A stretch of 20,000 bases of DNA from Chiloscyllium plagiosum (GCF_004010195.1 NW_025215215.1:53477-73476), one strand, 5' to 3'; positions 10,503 through 20,000 are shown, counted from the stretch's first letter. The notes: generated by a model not told the origin, from the sequence alone. Numbers and translations: made by a program.

Positions 10503-11162
10503 GTTTGGAAAATGGAGGATTGTAATCGTACTGAGGACCTTTAGAGTGTAGAATGTTCATGTAAAGTTATGTTTATGGTCTTTCTGCAATGTGGAAGGGA
10601 TTTGTCTTTGAAGATTATTCATGACACAGAGTGCACAAATTAAAGAATATTTCCACCGCAAATGCATCCAAGCAAGGTTGACGGAACCATTTGTAAGTCA
10701 ATGCAATGAATATATTGCACGTTCACTATCTTGAAATGTTTTACAATATACTCCTACAAATTATAAATGAAAAAAGATTGAAAAGTCCTGAACCTGACTC
10801 AGTGGTGGTGATAATATCTCAGGAACTATATCGCTAGGTATCAGACGAAACTGCTCTGTGCTTCCAAAGACGTTATTTGAAAAACCAAACAGCCATGCAA
10901 TGAGAGAGATTGACAGTATTTGATGTTCACTGAAAGAAACAAAATAAAATTGACACTAGTGCAAAGACATGGGGAGGCGAGCAGAGGGTGGCATTGTGTA
11001 ACTACAAACTTAACAGGGACAGACGTAGAGGTGTGGGGGGTGGTGAGGGGTTGATCTCAATTTCAATGAATTTACCCCAAAAAACGGCAAGACCTCGTCT
11101 CATGGAGATACACGCAAACATACACAGATACGTTAAACACACAACACATATACATATAGATA

Positions 11163-11289
11163 TGAGGAGAAAGTGAGGTCTGCAGATGCTGGAAATCAGA
11201 GATGGAAATGTGTTGCTGGAAAAGCGCAGCAGGTCAGGCAGCATCTAGGGAACAGGAGAATCGATGTTTCGGGCATTAGCCCTTCCTGA
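11163..11289 (-). mobile_element. Second copy of the short Penelope-like terminal element, hammerhead core truncated
   Basis: GAAATGTGTTGCTGGAAAAGCGCAGCAGGTCAGGCAGCATC...CAGGAGAATCGATGTTTCGGGCATTAGCCCTTC matches 8704-8784 and has ~40 extra bp (GAGGAGAAAGTGAGGTCTGCAGATGCTGGAAATCAGAG). The minus strand keeps GGGC[UAAU]GCCC-GAAA-CAUC but lacks CUGAnGA. Confidence 0.85.
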
Positions 11290-11296
11290 GTCTTTT

Positions 11297-11595
11297 TCAT
11301 AGAGTGAAAATGGCTAAAACGAGGAAAACATAATTTTAATGTGATCGAAGGAAGGTTTTGGGGAGATGTAAGAGGTAGGTTGTTTACACAAGTAGTGATA
11401 GGTGCGTGGAATGCACTGCCAGCAGTGGTAGTAGAATCAGCTACATTAGGGATATTCAAGTAACTCTTGGATAGGCACATAGATTATAATAGGATGAAGG
11501 CTCTGCAGTTTAGTTTAATCTTAGAGTAGGATAAAAGGTCGGCACAACATTGGGGGCTGAAGGGCTCTTACTGTGCTGTACTGTTCAATGTTCGT
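11297..11595 (+). mobile_element. CR1-clade LINE 3' end (shark HER1-like tail)
   Basis: Decayed TR.H.F.V...RF.GDVRGRLFTQVVIGAWNALPAVVVESATLGIFK*LLDRH, followed by the tail GGCACAACAT...GGGCTGAAGGGC...TGTGCTGTACTGTTCAATGTTC. Confidence 0.85.
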
Positions 11596-11689
11596 AGTTA
11601 CAATTTCTTGAACTCTTGTGAAAATATTGTACCTGGAATTCCTTTAACTTCAGTGGAGGTTAATCTGGTCAGTATTTGATTTTCGAGGG

Positions 11690-12075
11690 TTAATGGAAAT
11701 TTGGGGAGGTTTGAGGGGCGGAATGGTCTATATCTGTTCGTAACCATTGTGTCAAAAGAATGATGTTTGTTTTGAGGGGAACTCATTTTGAGAGTAAGGG
11801 CGTTCCTATTTCAGACGGGGAAAGAGATGTTCCTTTCTCTTTAGGATTGTTTGGTCTGTGTTCTTCTCATGCCCAAGGAGCATTGAAGACTGGGTTAATG
11901 AAATCACTCAAGGAGGAGTTATATAGATCGTTGATGAAAAAGAGAATCAATGTTTGTTGGGAACACAGTGAAAGGGATGCTTAGTTACAATCACATCAAC
12001 AATGCCCATTCTGAATTGTGCAGCAGGCTCGAGGGGCTGAATGGCTACCTGCTGCTCTTGCTTCATGTGTTGTTC
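11690..12075 (+). mobile_element. Old CR1 3' end fragment
   Basis: Ends in GCAGGCTCGAGGGGCTGAATGGCTACCTGCTGCTCTTG, the CR1 3' stem-loop. Upstream there is a decayed RGTHF..KGVP...FSL...SLKEELYRSL. Start is approximate. Confidence 0.7.
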
Positions 12076-12329
12076 ACTCACTCAACCCCGCAATGCTGTT
12101 ACAGAAGGTGAGGAAGATCGCATTCAGCCATTCTGGATCAATTCAAGAAACATGTGGTGACCTTTCTGTCCCTCTAAGGATTTACAAAGGAATAGGATGA
12201 ACCTCTTCAGCCATTTCAGTACATTACGCAGCACAAGAGGACGTCACACCTACTTTCTAGATTGCTACACAGGAAAAGGGGAGCCCTGGGTAACTATCAG
12301 GAAATAGATAGTCAAGAGAAATGTATATT

Positions 12330-12830
12330 TGCGGGTTGGAAATCTTTAACTTGGTGAAGTGCCTCAGAGATCAGTGCAACATCAAAAGCTATTTAGAATC
12401 TGTAAATGATTTGCTTGTTGGGATTGATTGGATGGAACTCAATTGCCTCAACCACGAAGATACGATAAGATGTCAAGTGGAGGAAGAGAGTCTGTAATGT
12501 GATATAGGCATGGAATGTTAGTATACAAACCTTCAGCAGAAACAGGATAACAAGGGCTACCGAAGTTTGTGCTGTGGCAGAAGGGTAAAACAACAGTAAA
12601 CTAATTAAAAGAAGAGAGAGCACAAAACTCAGTTGTACAAAGGCATTTGTTCACCCTGATACATACATCACACGTGGTTAGTATGCCAATGCAACAAGTA
12701 ATTAGGAAGGTATATGGAATGATTACTTCATGAAAAGGCTATCAGGATGTTTTACTGCATCTGTACAGGGGATGTATGAGTCAACATCTGATGTATTGTG
12801 AGCTGTGATGATTCCATAAACTGAAAAATA
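12330..12830 (+). mobile_element. Highly decayed CR1 RT-region fragment
   Basis: Weak resemblance to FADDTK...VKWRK..L..DI (12450-12510) and Q.QQVIRKVYGM...VLLHLYR..RS.SDV (12690-12800). Boundaries uncertain. Confidence 0.45.
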
Positions 12831-12877
12831 AATATACTCAATAGATTTATAAGCTTTGCGAAGGAAGGCCTTATTCT

Positions 12878-13230
12878 GTCATACTGCACGGAAACAGACC
12901 CTTCGCTGCACCATGTCCATGCCGACCAGATGTCCTAACTTAATCACGTTCCATTTGCCAGCACTTGGCCCATATCCCATAAAACCTTCGTGTTAACTCA
13001 AATGGCTTCATTCAAATGGCTTTAAATACTGTAGCTGTCCCAGCCTCCAACATTTCCTCCGGCAGTTCATTCTATACACTCTGTGAAAAGTTACCACTTT
13101 TGTCCCTTTTAAATCTTTCTCCCCTCACCTTCAATCTATGTGCTCTAGTTTTGGACTGCCCTAAGCTAGGAAAATGTTCTTGGATCTTCACCATTTCCTT
13201 GCTCTTCATGATGTTATAAACCTCTATAAG
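12878..13230 (-). mobile_element. CR1-clade LINE 3' end, minus strand
   Basis: ORF 13072-13323(-) gives LIEVYNIMKS...FPSLGQSKTRAHRLKVRGERFKRDKSGNF. The reverse complement of 12878-12975 gives the tail GGATATGGGCCAAGTGCTGGCAAATGG...GGTCGGCATGGAC...GAAGGGTCTGTTTCCGTGCAGTATGAC. Confidence 0.88.
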
Positions 13231-13237
13231 ACGAGAG

Positions 13238-13370
13238 CACTTCAGGATTGAGAACGAGAGGCGTTCGTATTGAACCGTATAAGATATTGAGGAGAGTGTA
13301 TCTGGTGCATAGCCTATGGACATTTTCTCTGGTATGGGAGTCTAGAACTGAGGATTCAAATTTAAGAAAA
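13238..13370 (+). mobile_element. Short CR1 ORF2 C-terminal fragment
   Basis: Decayed RGVRIEPYKILR...(M)FSL.GESRTE, equivalent to RGDLIETYKIL...MFPLVGESRTRG. Confidence 0.6.
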
Positions 13371-13942
13371 CAACATGTATATGTTATATACTCTTTTCAT
13401 AGTATAAGAAAACAAGTACTATGAAGACATGATTTTATTGGATAAAAATATGAGGAGACATACAAACGTATCTTCATTAAAACTCCTACATGGAGCAGAG
13501 AATAGGGAGAGTCATACAGTTCCGAGAATGTTAAAAGAGGCCTCACGTGGTCCAGTTTGGTGTTCAGATAACATTATTGTATATTTCTGCTCCGAGATGG
13601 AGGAAATGCAACATGCTGGAGAAGCCACTGCTTATTGCTCCCTTTCTTTTCTTGTTCCTTCTCGCAGAAATTTATGATAGGTGAAAACCGTTCAGTCATC
13701 TTTATCATTCATGTAGGATTACTGTTGAGGAATCATTGGCATCTCCCTACTGCCTAAATTCAAAGGTATTTCAGCCAATTCCGACTGGTCCAGGAATAAA
13801 TCCTGCTTGTGTGAGCAGAACAACCTCAGAGGCAGAACAACATTTAATTATTTTACTTTTGTCTTGAGTTTAACTATTGTTTGGACAAAGCTCTTTCAAG
13901 CTGATATTTTGCAGGGTTTTTTTTTTCCTGCTTGTATTTAGG

Positions 13943-14020
13943 CATGTGTATGTGTGTGTCTGTGTGCACTTGCGTGTGTGAGACACTGTGTATGTCTTAG
14001 TGTGTGTTTGTGTGTATGCA
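13943..14020. repeat. Degenerate (TG)n tract
   Basis: CATGTGTATGTGTGTGTCTGTGTGCACTTGCGTGTGTG...GTGTGTGTTTGTGTGTATG. Confidence 0.8.
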
Positions 14021-14829
14021 CAGACTGCATCTCAGCATGCGTTGAAAGATAAATATTAATGTAAATATTTATCCAAACTGTTTGCAATATATTTTTCCAT
14101 CTTAGCTTTCAGTAACTTTGCTTTGGTGAATTATTTTTGCAAATGTAAGATATTGAGATGACTTGTCCCCAGCAAAGAACCTGACCTAGTTTGAGACCTA
14201 TAACGTTGGTCATATCAATGAAGCAGAGTGAAGCAGACTCTACTCAGATAGACTGCTCTATGTTGTTCTTCCTGGTTCCTTTGCTCATGGTACATATGTG
14301 TCACTTTAACTTGGTTTGCTGAACGTGAGAGGGAAAAGTGAATGGTTTGTGCCAAGTCTCAAGGAAATGCCTTCTATCCCTGAGAAGCCATTATTGCACT
14401 CCTATAGAGGTCAGAAGCTGGTGGGAATGGCAAACTATTTCAGGAGTAAGGCATTAAAGCTGCAAATAGATTTATGAACAGTGCAGAGACACACATCAAC
14501 TGCACCTTGAGATGGTGGGAATTCATTCAGAGCCTGGAACTCCCTCTCAACCAACATGGGGTCTCCACACTGGTACGTGAATTACTGGGAATTACATATC
14601 ATGGGGAAAATGCAATTTCTCACAAAATCACCATCTTTTTTCTGGACATAATAAATGTCAGTTCATAATCATCAAGTTTAAATGTAATTGCTTGTTATTC
14701 TCTCGCTGTGCTACGGATTTCGCTGGATTATACTCTGATATCTTTTATCAGTTAATTATCGTTTACACAATGTAATTCAATAATTTGCTTGCAAAGGTGG
14801 AAACATCTTATTGCACAGTTTATATGCCT

Positions 14830-14965
14830 TTGTCTGTGTGTGTGTCTGTGCGTGAGTGAGTGTGTGTGTGAGTGCGTGTGTGTGTGTGTGTCTGTGTGTG
14901 AGAGTGTGTGTAGGTGTTTGCATGTGTGTCTCTGTGTGTGAGTGCGCGTCTGTGTGTGTGGGTGA
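14830..14965. repeat. Imperfect (TG)n microsatellite
   Basis: A TG-dinucleotide run with TC/AG interruptions; it generates the HT-repeat ORFs 14752 and 14820. Confidence 0.92.
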
Positions 14966-15559
14966 GAGACATATTTAACAAAAATGATGTATGTGATATA
15001 CAAAATTTATAAAACGTTAACATGTTATTTAGTCTTTGCTGAGATGTTATCTTCCCCTTCTTTCAACGTACACTCTGCCTCCTGCCTCTTCCTTGCATTC
15101 CCAGACCTAATCTGTAATTCTTATCGGGATGTATGTTATAAATTCCTGTTTCTTGTGTTCCCATTTATTTCAGTTAATCAATTTTCTACCGGGAAACATA
15201 TACATTGACCTGCTGGTTCTGTCAACAGCTGTTCCCTGTCATATTAATGGAGATAAAAGTTCTGGCCTCAGACCCACATTTCAACATATTAATCTGTTGC
15301 AAATACACTGTAAAAAGGACCACAACACACAGGGAATTGTCAAACCAAATACAGATGTACATCTATATCTATCAGTCATGTAAACTTCTCTATTTTTATA
15401 TCTCCATGTCTATATTCTCTCTCTCTCTCTGTTTCTCGATTTCTCTTTTAATCTAATTAATAAATCATCCAATCGTTCTTTCTGTCCCATGCCTCAGACT
15501 TCCCTCCTTCTGTTTACATCTATTGCTCACTTTTGGATGTGATGTCTTATAATTGAGTA

Positions 15560-16400
15560 ATGTAACTACAAGACATGAGGGACCAGTTGGCCAGAGTTAG
15601 TTGGAAGGGAAGCTGAGCACGGGAAGATGGTGAAGCAGCAATGGCAGAGGTATCTGGAGATAATTCATCAGCACATCAGAAACTCATCCCAAGTAAGAAG
15701 AACAATATTCAGAAGAAGACAAGTCAGCCGTGAGTGATAACAAATTCAGGGAAAGCATAAAAACAAAAGAAAATACACACAATGTGGTGAAGATTATTGG
15801 GAATCCAAAGGATTACGAAGTCTACAAATTCCAGCACGGATAGCTAATAACAGCAAATGGGAGGAGAGGGTGAAATATAATATTACACTTCTTAATCGTG
15901 TAAAAGAATATTGAAAGCATTTTTAGACATATAACAAGGAAGACAGGGAGTAAAAAACAAACAAAGGACTGTTGGAAAATGAGGTTTGAGTAGTTATGGG
16001 AAGCAATGGAATGGCAGAGGAATTGAATAGATACTTTACATCAGTCTTCACGTGGAAGACACCAGCAAAATGCTCGAACTTCAAGACAGTCAGGGTATAG
16101 AGGTGAGTATACTGACCTCAGTAAGTAGAAAGTGCTAGGGAACGTGAAGTTGAATCGATCAGCGAGACCAGTTGGACAACAGCTCGTAGTTCTAAAGAGA
16201 TATCGAAGGTAATTGTGGAGGCATTGCTGGTGATCTTTCAGGAAACTTTGGAGTGAGGGAGGACTGGTAAATGTAACCTCCCCGTTTAAGGAGAGAGGGA
16301 CACAGAAGACAGGAAATTATAGAAGGACTTACTGGATCTTTGGGTTTATGAAAGGATGTGTGGAGTATAAGAACAAGGAAGTTGTGAAGTATATTGGAAA
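15560..16400 (+). mobile_element. CR1-clade LINE ORF2 middle fragment (between endonuclease and RT)
   Basis: NYKDMRDQLARVSWKG (~15564), MAEELNRYFTSVFT (~16011), EIVEAL.VIFQETL (~16210) and VTSPFKERGTQKTGNYR (~16273) are typical CR1 pre-RT motifs. After a deletion, GFMKGCVEYKNKEVV follows. Confidence 0.85.
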
Positions 16401-16654
16401 TGGTGTGAATAAGCTATAGCATAACAAGAGTTACGTTTACAATGCCATTGCGAACATCAAAGATGAAAGTACGGTTAAAACAAAGGAAATCAGTTCGAAG
16501 CAGACAGGAGCATTGTGACAAAAAGACTGTTTCCTAGATTCTGCAGTGAGAATGTTGAGATAAGCTTGTCAGTAAACAGACAACAAGGAATGCATAAAAA
16601 GCACAATAAAATCTGTTGCTGATAAGGTCTCAACGTACAACTTTGTAGCCAATA

Positions 16655-17280
16655 CACATGAAGTTGAAAAAGCAAAGGAAGTGAGACAGCATCCTAGGAA
16701 GAGAAAAGTCAACGTTTCAGGCTGAAAGACTTCATCAGGATTGGGGTGGGAAAGGGGAGCAGGGAAGTAAATAGAGGGAGGGACGTGGGGCCGGTGGAAG
16801 GGTAGGTGGAATGGCGATAGGGGAAGGGAATTATTGTGCAGGCAGAGAATTATTGTGATTGGTCAGTGGGAAGGGTGCAACAGATATACGAATGGGAAGA
16901 TGGACAGCTTTGGTCAGATCAGGGAAGGGGACATGGGGTAAGGCTGTGGGTGGAGAAATTTTGCAGCCAGTGAAATCAATATTGAGGCCATTGAGCTGTA
17001 AGGTCTCCAGCTGAAATATCAAGTTGTGTTCCCCAGTTTCTGTTTGGTTTCACTTTGAAAATGGAGGAGGCCAAAGATGGACCAGTTGCCGGATGAGCAA
17101 GGGGAGGGGAGTGATTGAAATGGATGGCAACTGGAATGCTGTGTTTGTTAAAGCGTGCAGAGAACAGATGCTCCATGAATATGTCCCTGAGTCTCCCTTT
17201 CGTCTCCACAACATAGAGGAGACAATGTTGGGAGTTGGAGATGAGCTCGATGGGTCAGGATCAGTCTCTGTGTGGAGTAT
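16655..17280 (-). mobile_element. Penelope-like element fragment (GIY-YIG endonuclease C-terminal part plus 3' region with hammerhead remnant), left arm of a fold-back pair
   Basis: The minus strand translates SQHCLLYVVETKGRLRDIFMEHLFSA...IPVAIHFN (YIGET.RRL.DRF.EH...PVA.HFN motif) and LETLQLNGLNIDF. A C/T-rich tract follows, then AAUC-CUGAUGA-AGUCUUUCAGCCU-GAAACGUU-GACU at 16742-16707. Confidence 0.85.
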
Positions 17281-17284
17281 TAGT

Positions 17285-17775
17285 GCTCTGCACGAAACAA
17301 ACAACCGGACTTTCCAGTTACCATTCATTTCAATTTCCACTCCCACTCGCCCGGCGACATGCTCATCCTTAGCCTGTCCACTGTCAGAGGAACACCACCT
17401 GAGAGTTTACCTTTGAAGCTGATAGCCCAATGGCCTCAATATTGAGTGAAGATGCTTCAAAAGACCTCCACCCACAGCCTTATCCCATGTCCCTTTTCCC
17501 TGACCAGACCCACGTGTATCTGCTCCGTCCTTCCCACTGACCAATCACAGTAACCTCATACCTGCATGTGCCTACCACCACCATACCTACCCGCCACCCT
17601 TCCATATCCCATCACTCCATTTCTGGGCACCCCACCTCCTCATCAGTCCTGTCGAAAGGTCCAAGATCAAAATAGTGCCTTTGCTGCTCCTCTGATTCTG
17701 TCTGGTTTTCTGTGTTTATCCAGCTCCAAGTTTATTAACTCTGGCCTCCCGCACCTATAGTACTTCCTCTCTCCA
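17285..17775 (+). mobile_element. Penelope-like element fragment, right arm (inverted copy of the left arm)
   Basis: CAATGGCCTCAATATTGA...CTCCACCCACAGCCTTATCCCATGTCCCCTT...CCTTCCCACTGACCAATCACA is the reverse complement of 16853-16993. It ends in a decayed AGTCCTG..GAA.GG...TGCTGCTCCTCTGAT...TGTGTTTATCCAGCTCC terminus. Confidence 0.85.
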
Positions 17776-17867
17776 AGCTGTGGAACTAGGTGGTCTACAT
17801 ATTAGAAGAAATACATTTGGACATTTGAAAAGATCGCGGACACATTCGTTATTTCATAACAACCCAA

Positions 17868-18190
17868 TACACACCTTCTAGATGAAGCAGCATTTCATTT
17901 GTACTCTTTCAATCCAGTCTCCTGTCATTGCTGCTCGCAATGCAGCCTCCTTTACATTGGGGAAACCAAACAGAGGAACACTCCCACTCTGTCTGTGGAA
18001 ATAACCCTGACATTCTCATTGCTTCCCATTTCAATAAAGTACCTTGCTGTCATGCTAACATTTCAGTCCTGGGCTGCTGTAATGCTCCAATGAAGCACAA
18101 CTCAACCTCGAGTAACACCTCACTTTAGACCTTGGTACGTTCTAACCTGAAGGAGTTTTTATTCAATTCCATACTTCCACAACCTGACCG
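17868..18190 (+). mobile_element. Penelope-like GIY-YIG endonuclease fragment
   Basis: HTF*MKQHFICT...CCSQCSLLYIGETKQR (ORF 17899) and NPDILIASHFN...CCHANISVLG (ORF 17928). Confidence 0.85.
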
Positions 18191-18729
18191 CATTATGGCT
18201 GTTCTCCATTCTTCACGCATTCTTTCTCCTGGTCTCGCAAGGAACTTGCCCTGTTTGTGAATCGTTTGTCTTGCAGTTAATTAAGGAACCTATTTCCCTC
18301 TTTCACAATCTAATTAATATTCATTTTAAATTTGATTCTCTTTTACCAGGTTAAATATAAACAACTGGCAGGGATTTGGATAATCCACGCAGAGGGACTG
18401 AGGGAAGTTTCATGGACAGATGAGTTAAAGTACTTGAGAATAGTAAAATAAAGGCATTGCCAGACACAATAGCGATTTCGATCACCATGCACAGGAATGT
18501 CAGATGGATGGAAATTTGGTCTGAGTTCGAATCAGATTTGTTTCTGCAGATTTCAACCCGAGAGTGTCTGTGTTACACAGTTCAAGATTTAAACAGCAGA
18601 TGAGTTATGCCAGTGAAGTATATTCTGGAACAGTGAATAGTTAAAGTTAATAATGGTCAGGGCATGATGTCAGGAATCAGCTCATGGCCAAAGGGATGAC
18701 CAATGTTGTGATTCATCTGGTTTAAACAC

Positions 18730-18970
18730 CACGAGCAGGTTCCCCTCCAAGCCACTCACTACCCTGACTTGGAAATATATCGTTGTTTCTTCACGTTGGG
18801 TCAAAATCCTGGAATTCCCTCCCTACCAGCATTATGGGTCAACCGACAGCAAGTGGACTCCAGCGATTCAAGAAGGCAGCTCACCACTACCTTCTCAAGG
18901 GCAAATAGTGCGAGGCTATCAATGCTGGCCAGCCAACGACACCCAAGTCCCAGAAATGAATGAATAAAAA
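18730..18970 (+). mobile_element. 3' end of an L2/CR1-superclade LINE (tail of the type shared with shark SacSINE/DeuSINE-like SINEs)
   Basis: KPLTTLTWKYI...GSKSWNSLPTSIMGQPTASGLQRFKKAAHHYLLKGK*, then the tail ...AATGCTGGCCAGCCAACGACACCCAAGTCCCAGAAATGAATGAATAAAAA with (TGAA)n end. Confidence 0.8.
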
Positions 18971-19325
18971 TATTGGCCAGGGCTGAGATGGAGTCCCAGG
19001 AAGGAAATGGAGTTTATAAACATAATAGAGGACAATGACCTCCACGCTCCCAATATTTAAATAACAAGGACAGTGAGACAATGGTTCACATCTAAAAGTG
19101 AGTAGGTCAACATAGAGACCCAATAGTAACACTGCCAGAAGCAAGGAGGGAGTAAGTAATTGAACAAGTTCACTGATGCAATTAGACGTGATCTGCAGAG
19201 TGAATATCTGGATTCAGAGTCTCAACATGGACAATAATAGTGGCAAGAAGTGAAGACTATATGAAAGAACAGTAATGCAGTCGTAACTAATTTAAAGGAA
19301 AACATGTCTGGACAGTGAGACCTAC

Positions 19326-19548
19326 CAGGAACACCAACGATAGACAGGAGAGGATAATAAAAATATTGAATAATGCGAAGAGCACAATAAATCTGAGAAT
19401 GCAATGACAACCAATAATAATTTGTAGAAAGAAACCAAGCATAATAGGATACACTCCTGTCCATTGTTGTAAATTTCCAGTCCAAAGTTCTCAGATTCTG
19501 ATCCATTGTTGGAACATTCCAGTATAATGTTCTCAGATTCTGATCCAT
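19326..19548 (-). CDS. First coding exon of a class A orphan GPCR, probable GPR139/GPR142-like (cartilaginous-fish expanded family): N-terminus and start of TM1
   Basis: ATG at 19548 in strong Kozak context (ACAACAATGG), with an in-frame stop upstream at 19644-19642. 74 codons + 1 nt encode MDQNLRTLYWNVPT...LRIIQYFYYPLLSIVGVP, then the donor G|GTAGGT at 19326/19325 (phase 1). YYP.L..VGVP.N is the TM1 signature I recognise for this family. Exon 2 was not found in the window. Confidence 0.8.
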
Positions 19549-19590
19549 TGTTGTAACATTCAAGTCTAACGTCCTCAGATAATGATCTCT
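19455..19590 (-). repeat. 42-bp (14-codon) tandem repeat, ~3.3 copies, spanning the GPCR start
   Basis: Unit ACAACAATGGATCAGAATCTGAGAACWTTRKACTGGAAWKTT; ATGs at 19548, 19506 and 19464. A further decayed, ATG-less copy lies upstream (AGAGATCATTATCTGAGGACGTTAGACTTGAATGTT). Confidence 0.92.
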
Positions 19591-19942
19591 CCTCCCCCTT
19601 CTCTCTGGAGATGATGTTAGTGCTGTCGGTGATATTTCCGCTCATAATATGGCATAGCACATTGAATGGAGAACATTGATCATTAAAAGATGGAATCTCT
19701 CCACTGGTATAATTACAAAACATGGTGACTGACATTAATCAAAGTCACTAAACAAACAAGTTCAGTTAACCCTTTCCTTACATAACATTTCACATCACAT
19801 TAAAAGGGAATATTTACTCAATCTGAATGGAATGGATGAGGGTTACTGGTGAATGGCCTATAAAACTTGCAATTTATAATAAACGTTTTCATTGTATGGG
19901 GGAGTATTGCCAGAGCACTGCGGGGCTGTATATGTCCCACTC

Positions 19943-19952
19943 TGTTTATAAA
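19943..19952 (-). promoter_or_regulatory. Candidate TATA box for the GPCR gene
   Basis: The minus strand reads CCTTTATAAACAGAG about 400 bp upstream of the ATG. Motif match only. Confidence 0.35.
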
Positions 19953-20000
19953 GGAGAAAGGGACAGGGATAAATTAACAGACAAGCCAACTAAGATGTCT

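Noticed and set aside
10790..11075. Decayed tRNA/5S-derived SINE heads (CTCAGTGGT; GGGAGGCGA...)
   Set aside because: Too degenerate, with no convincing B box or boundaries.
14330..14670. Possible coding exon (ORF 14474-14668; donor-like CTG|GTACGT)
   Set aside because: No recognisable protein similarity in any frame and no clear acceptor.
14752..15023. His/Thr-rich ORFs
   Set aside because: Translation of a (TG)n microsatellite.
19549..19563. ORF-track start at 19563 for the GPCR
   Set aside because: That codon is TTG. The first in-frame ATG is at 19548, and the ORF tail after GVPG (19325-19222) is intron read-through.

Overview
Eukaryotic, repeat-dominated genomic DNA, most likely from a cartilaginous fish (the repeat families resemble those of bamboo/carpet sharks; this is recognition, not a search result). 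The only credible host coding sequence is a first coding exon on the minus strand (19548-19326). It encodes the N-terminus and start of TM1 of a class A GPCR of the shark-expanded GPR139/GPR142-like type, ends in a phase-1 GT donor, and has a 42-bp tandemly repeated start with three in-frame ATGs. No second exon was recognised, so the rest of the window is probably one large intron. That region holds a degenerate full-length L1-clade ORF2 (58-3846), many CR1 LINE fragments, a 12 x 38-bp tandem amplification inside a CR1 3' end, a 725-bp TG...CA solo-LTR nested in a CR1, a ~1.7-kb 30-bp TG-rich minisatellite, an L2/CR1-type 3' tail and Penelope-like (GIY-YIG) fragments in a fold-back arrangement. 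The most interesting signal is a 90-bp insertion with a perfect 15-bp target-site duplication (8703-8792). It consists almost entirely of a minimal hammerhead-ribozyme motif plus a small hairpin, and related hammerhead remnants occur at three other Penelope-type ends in the window.
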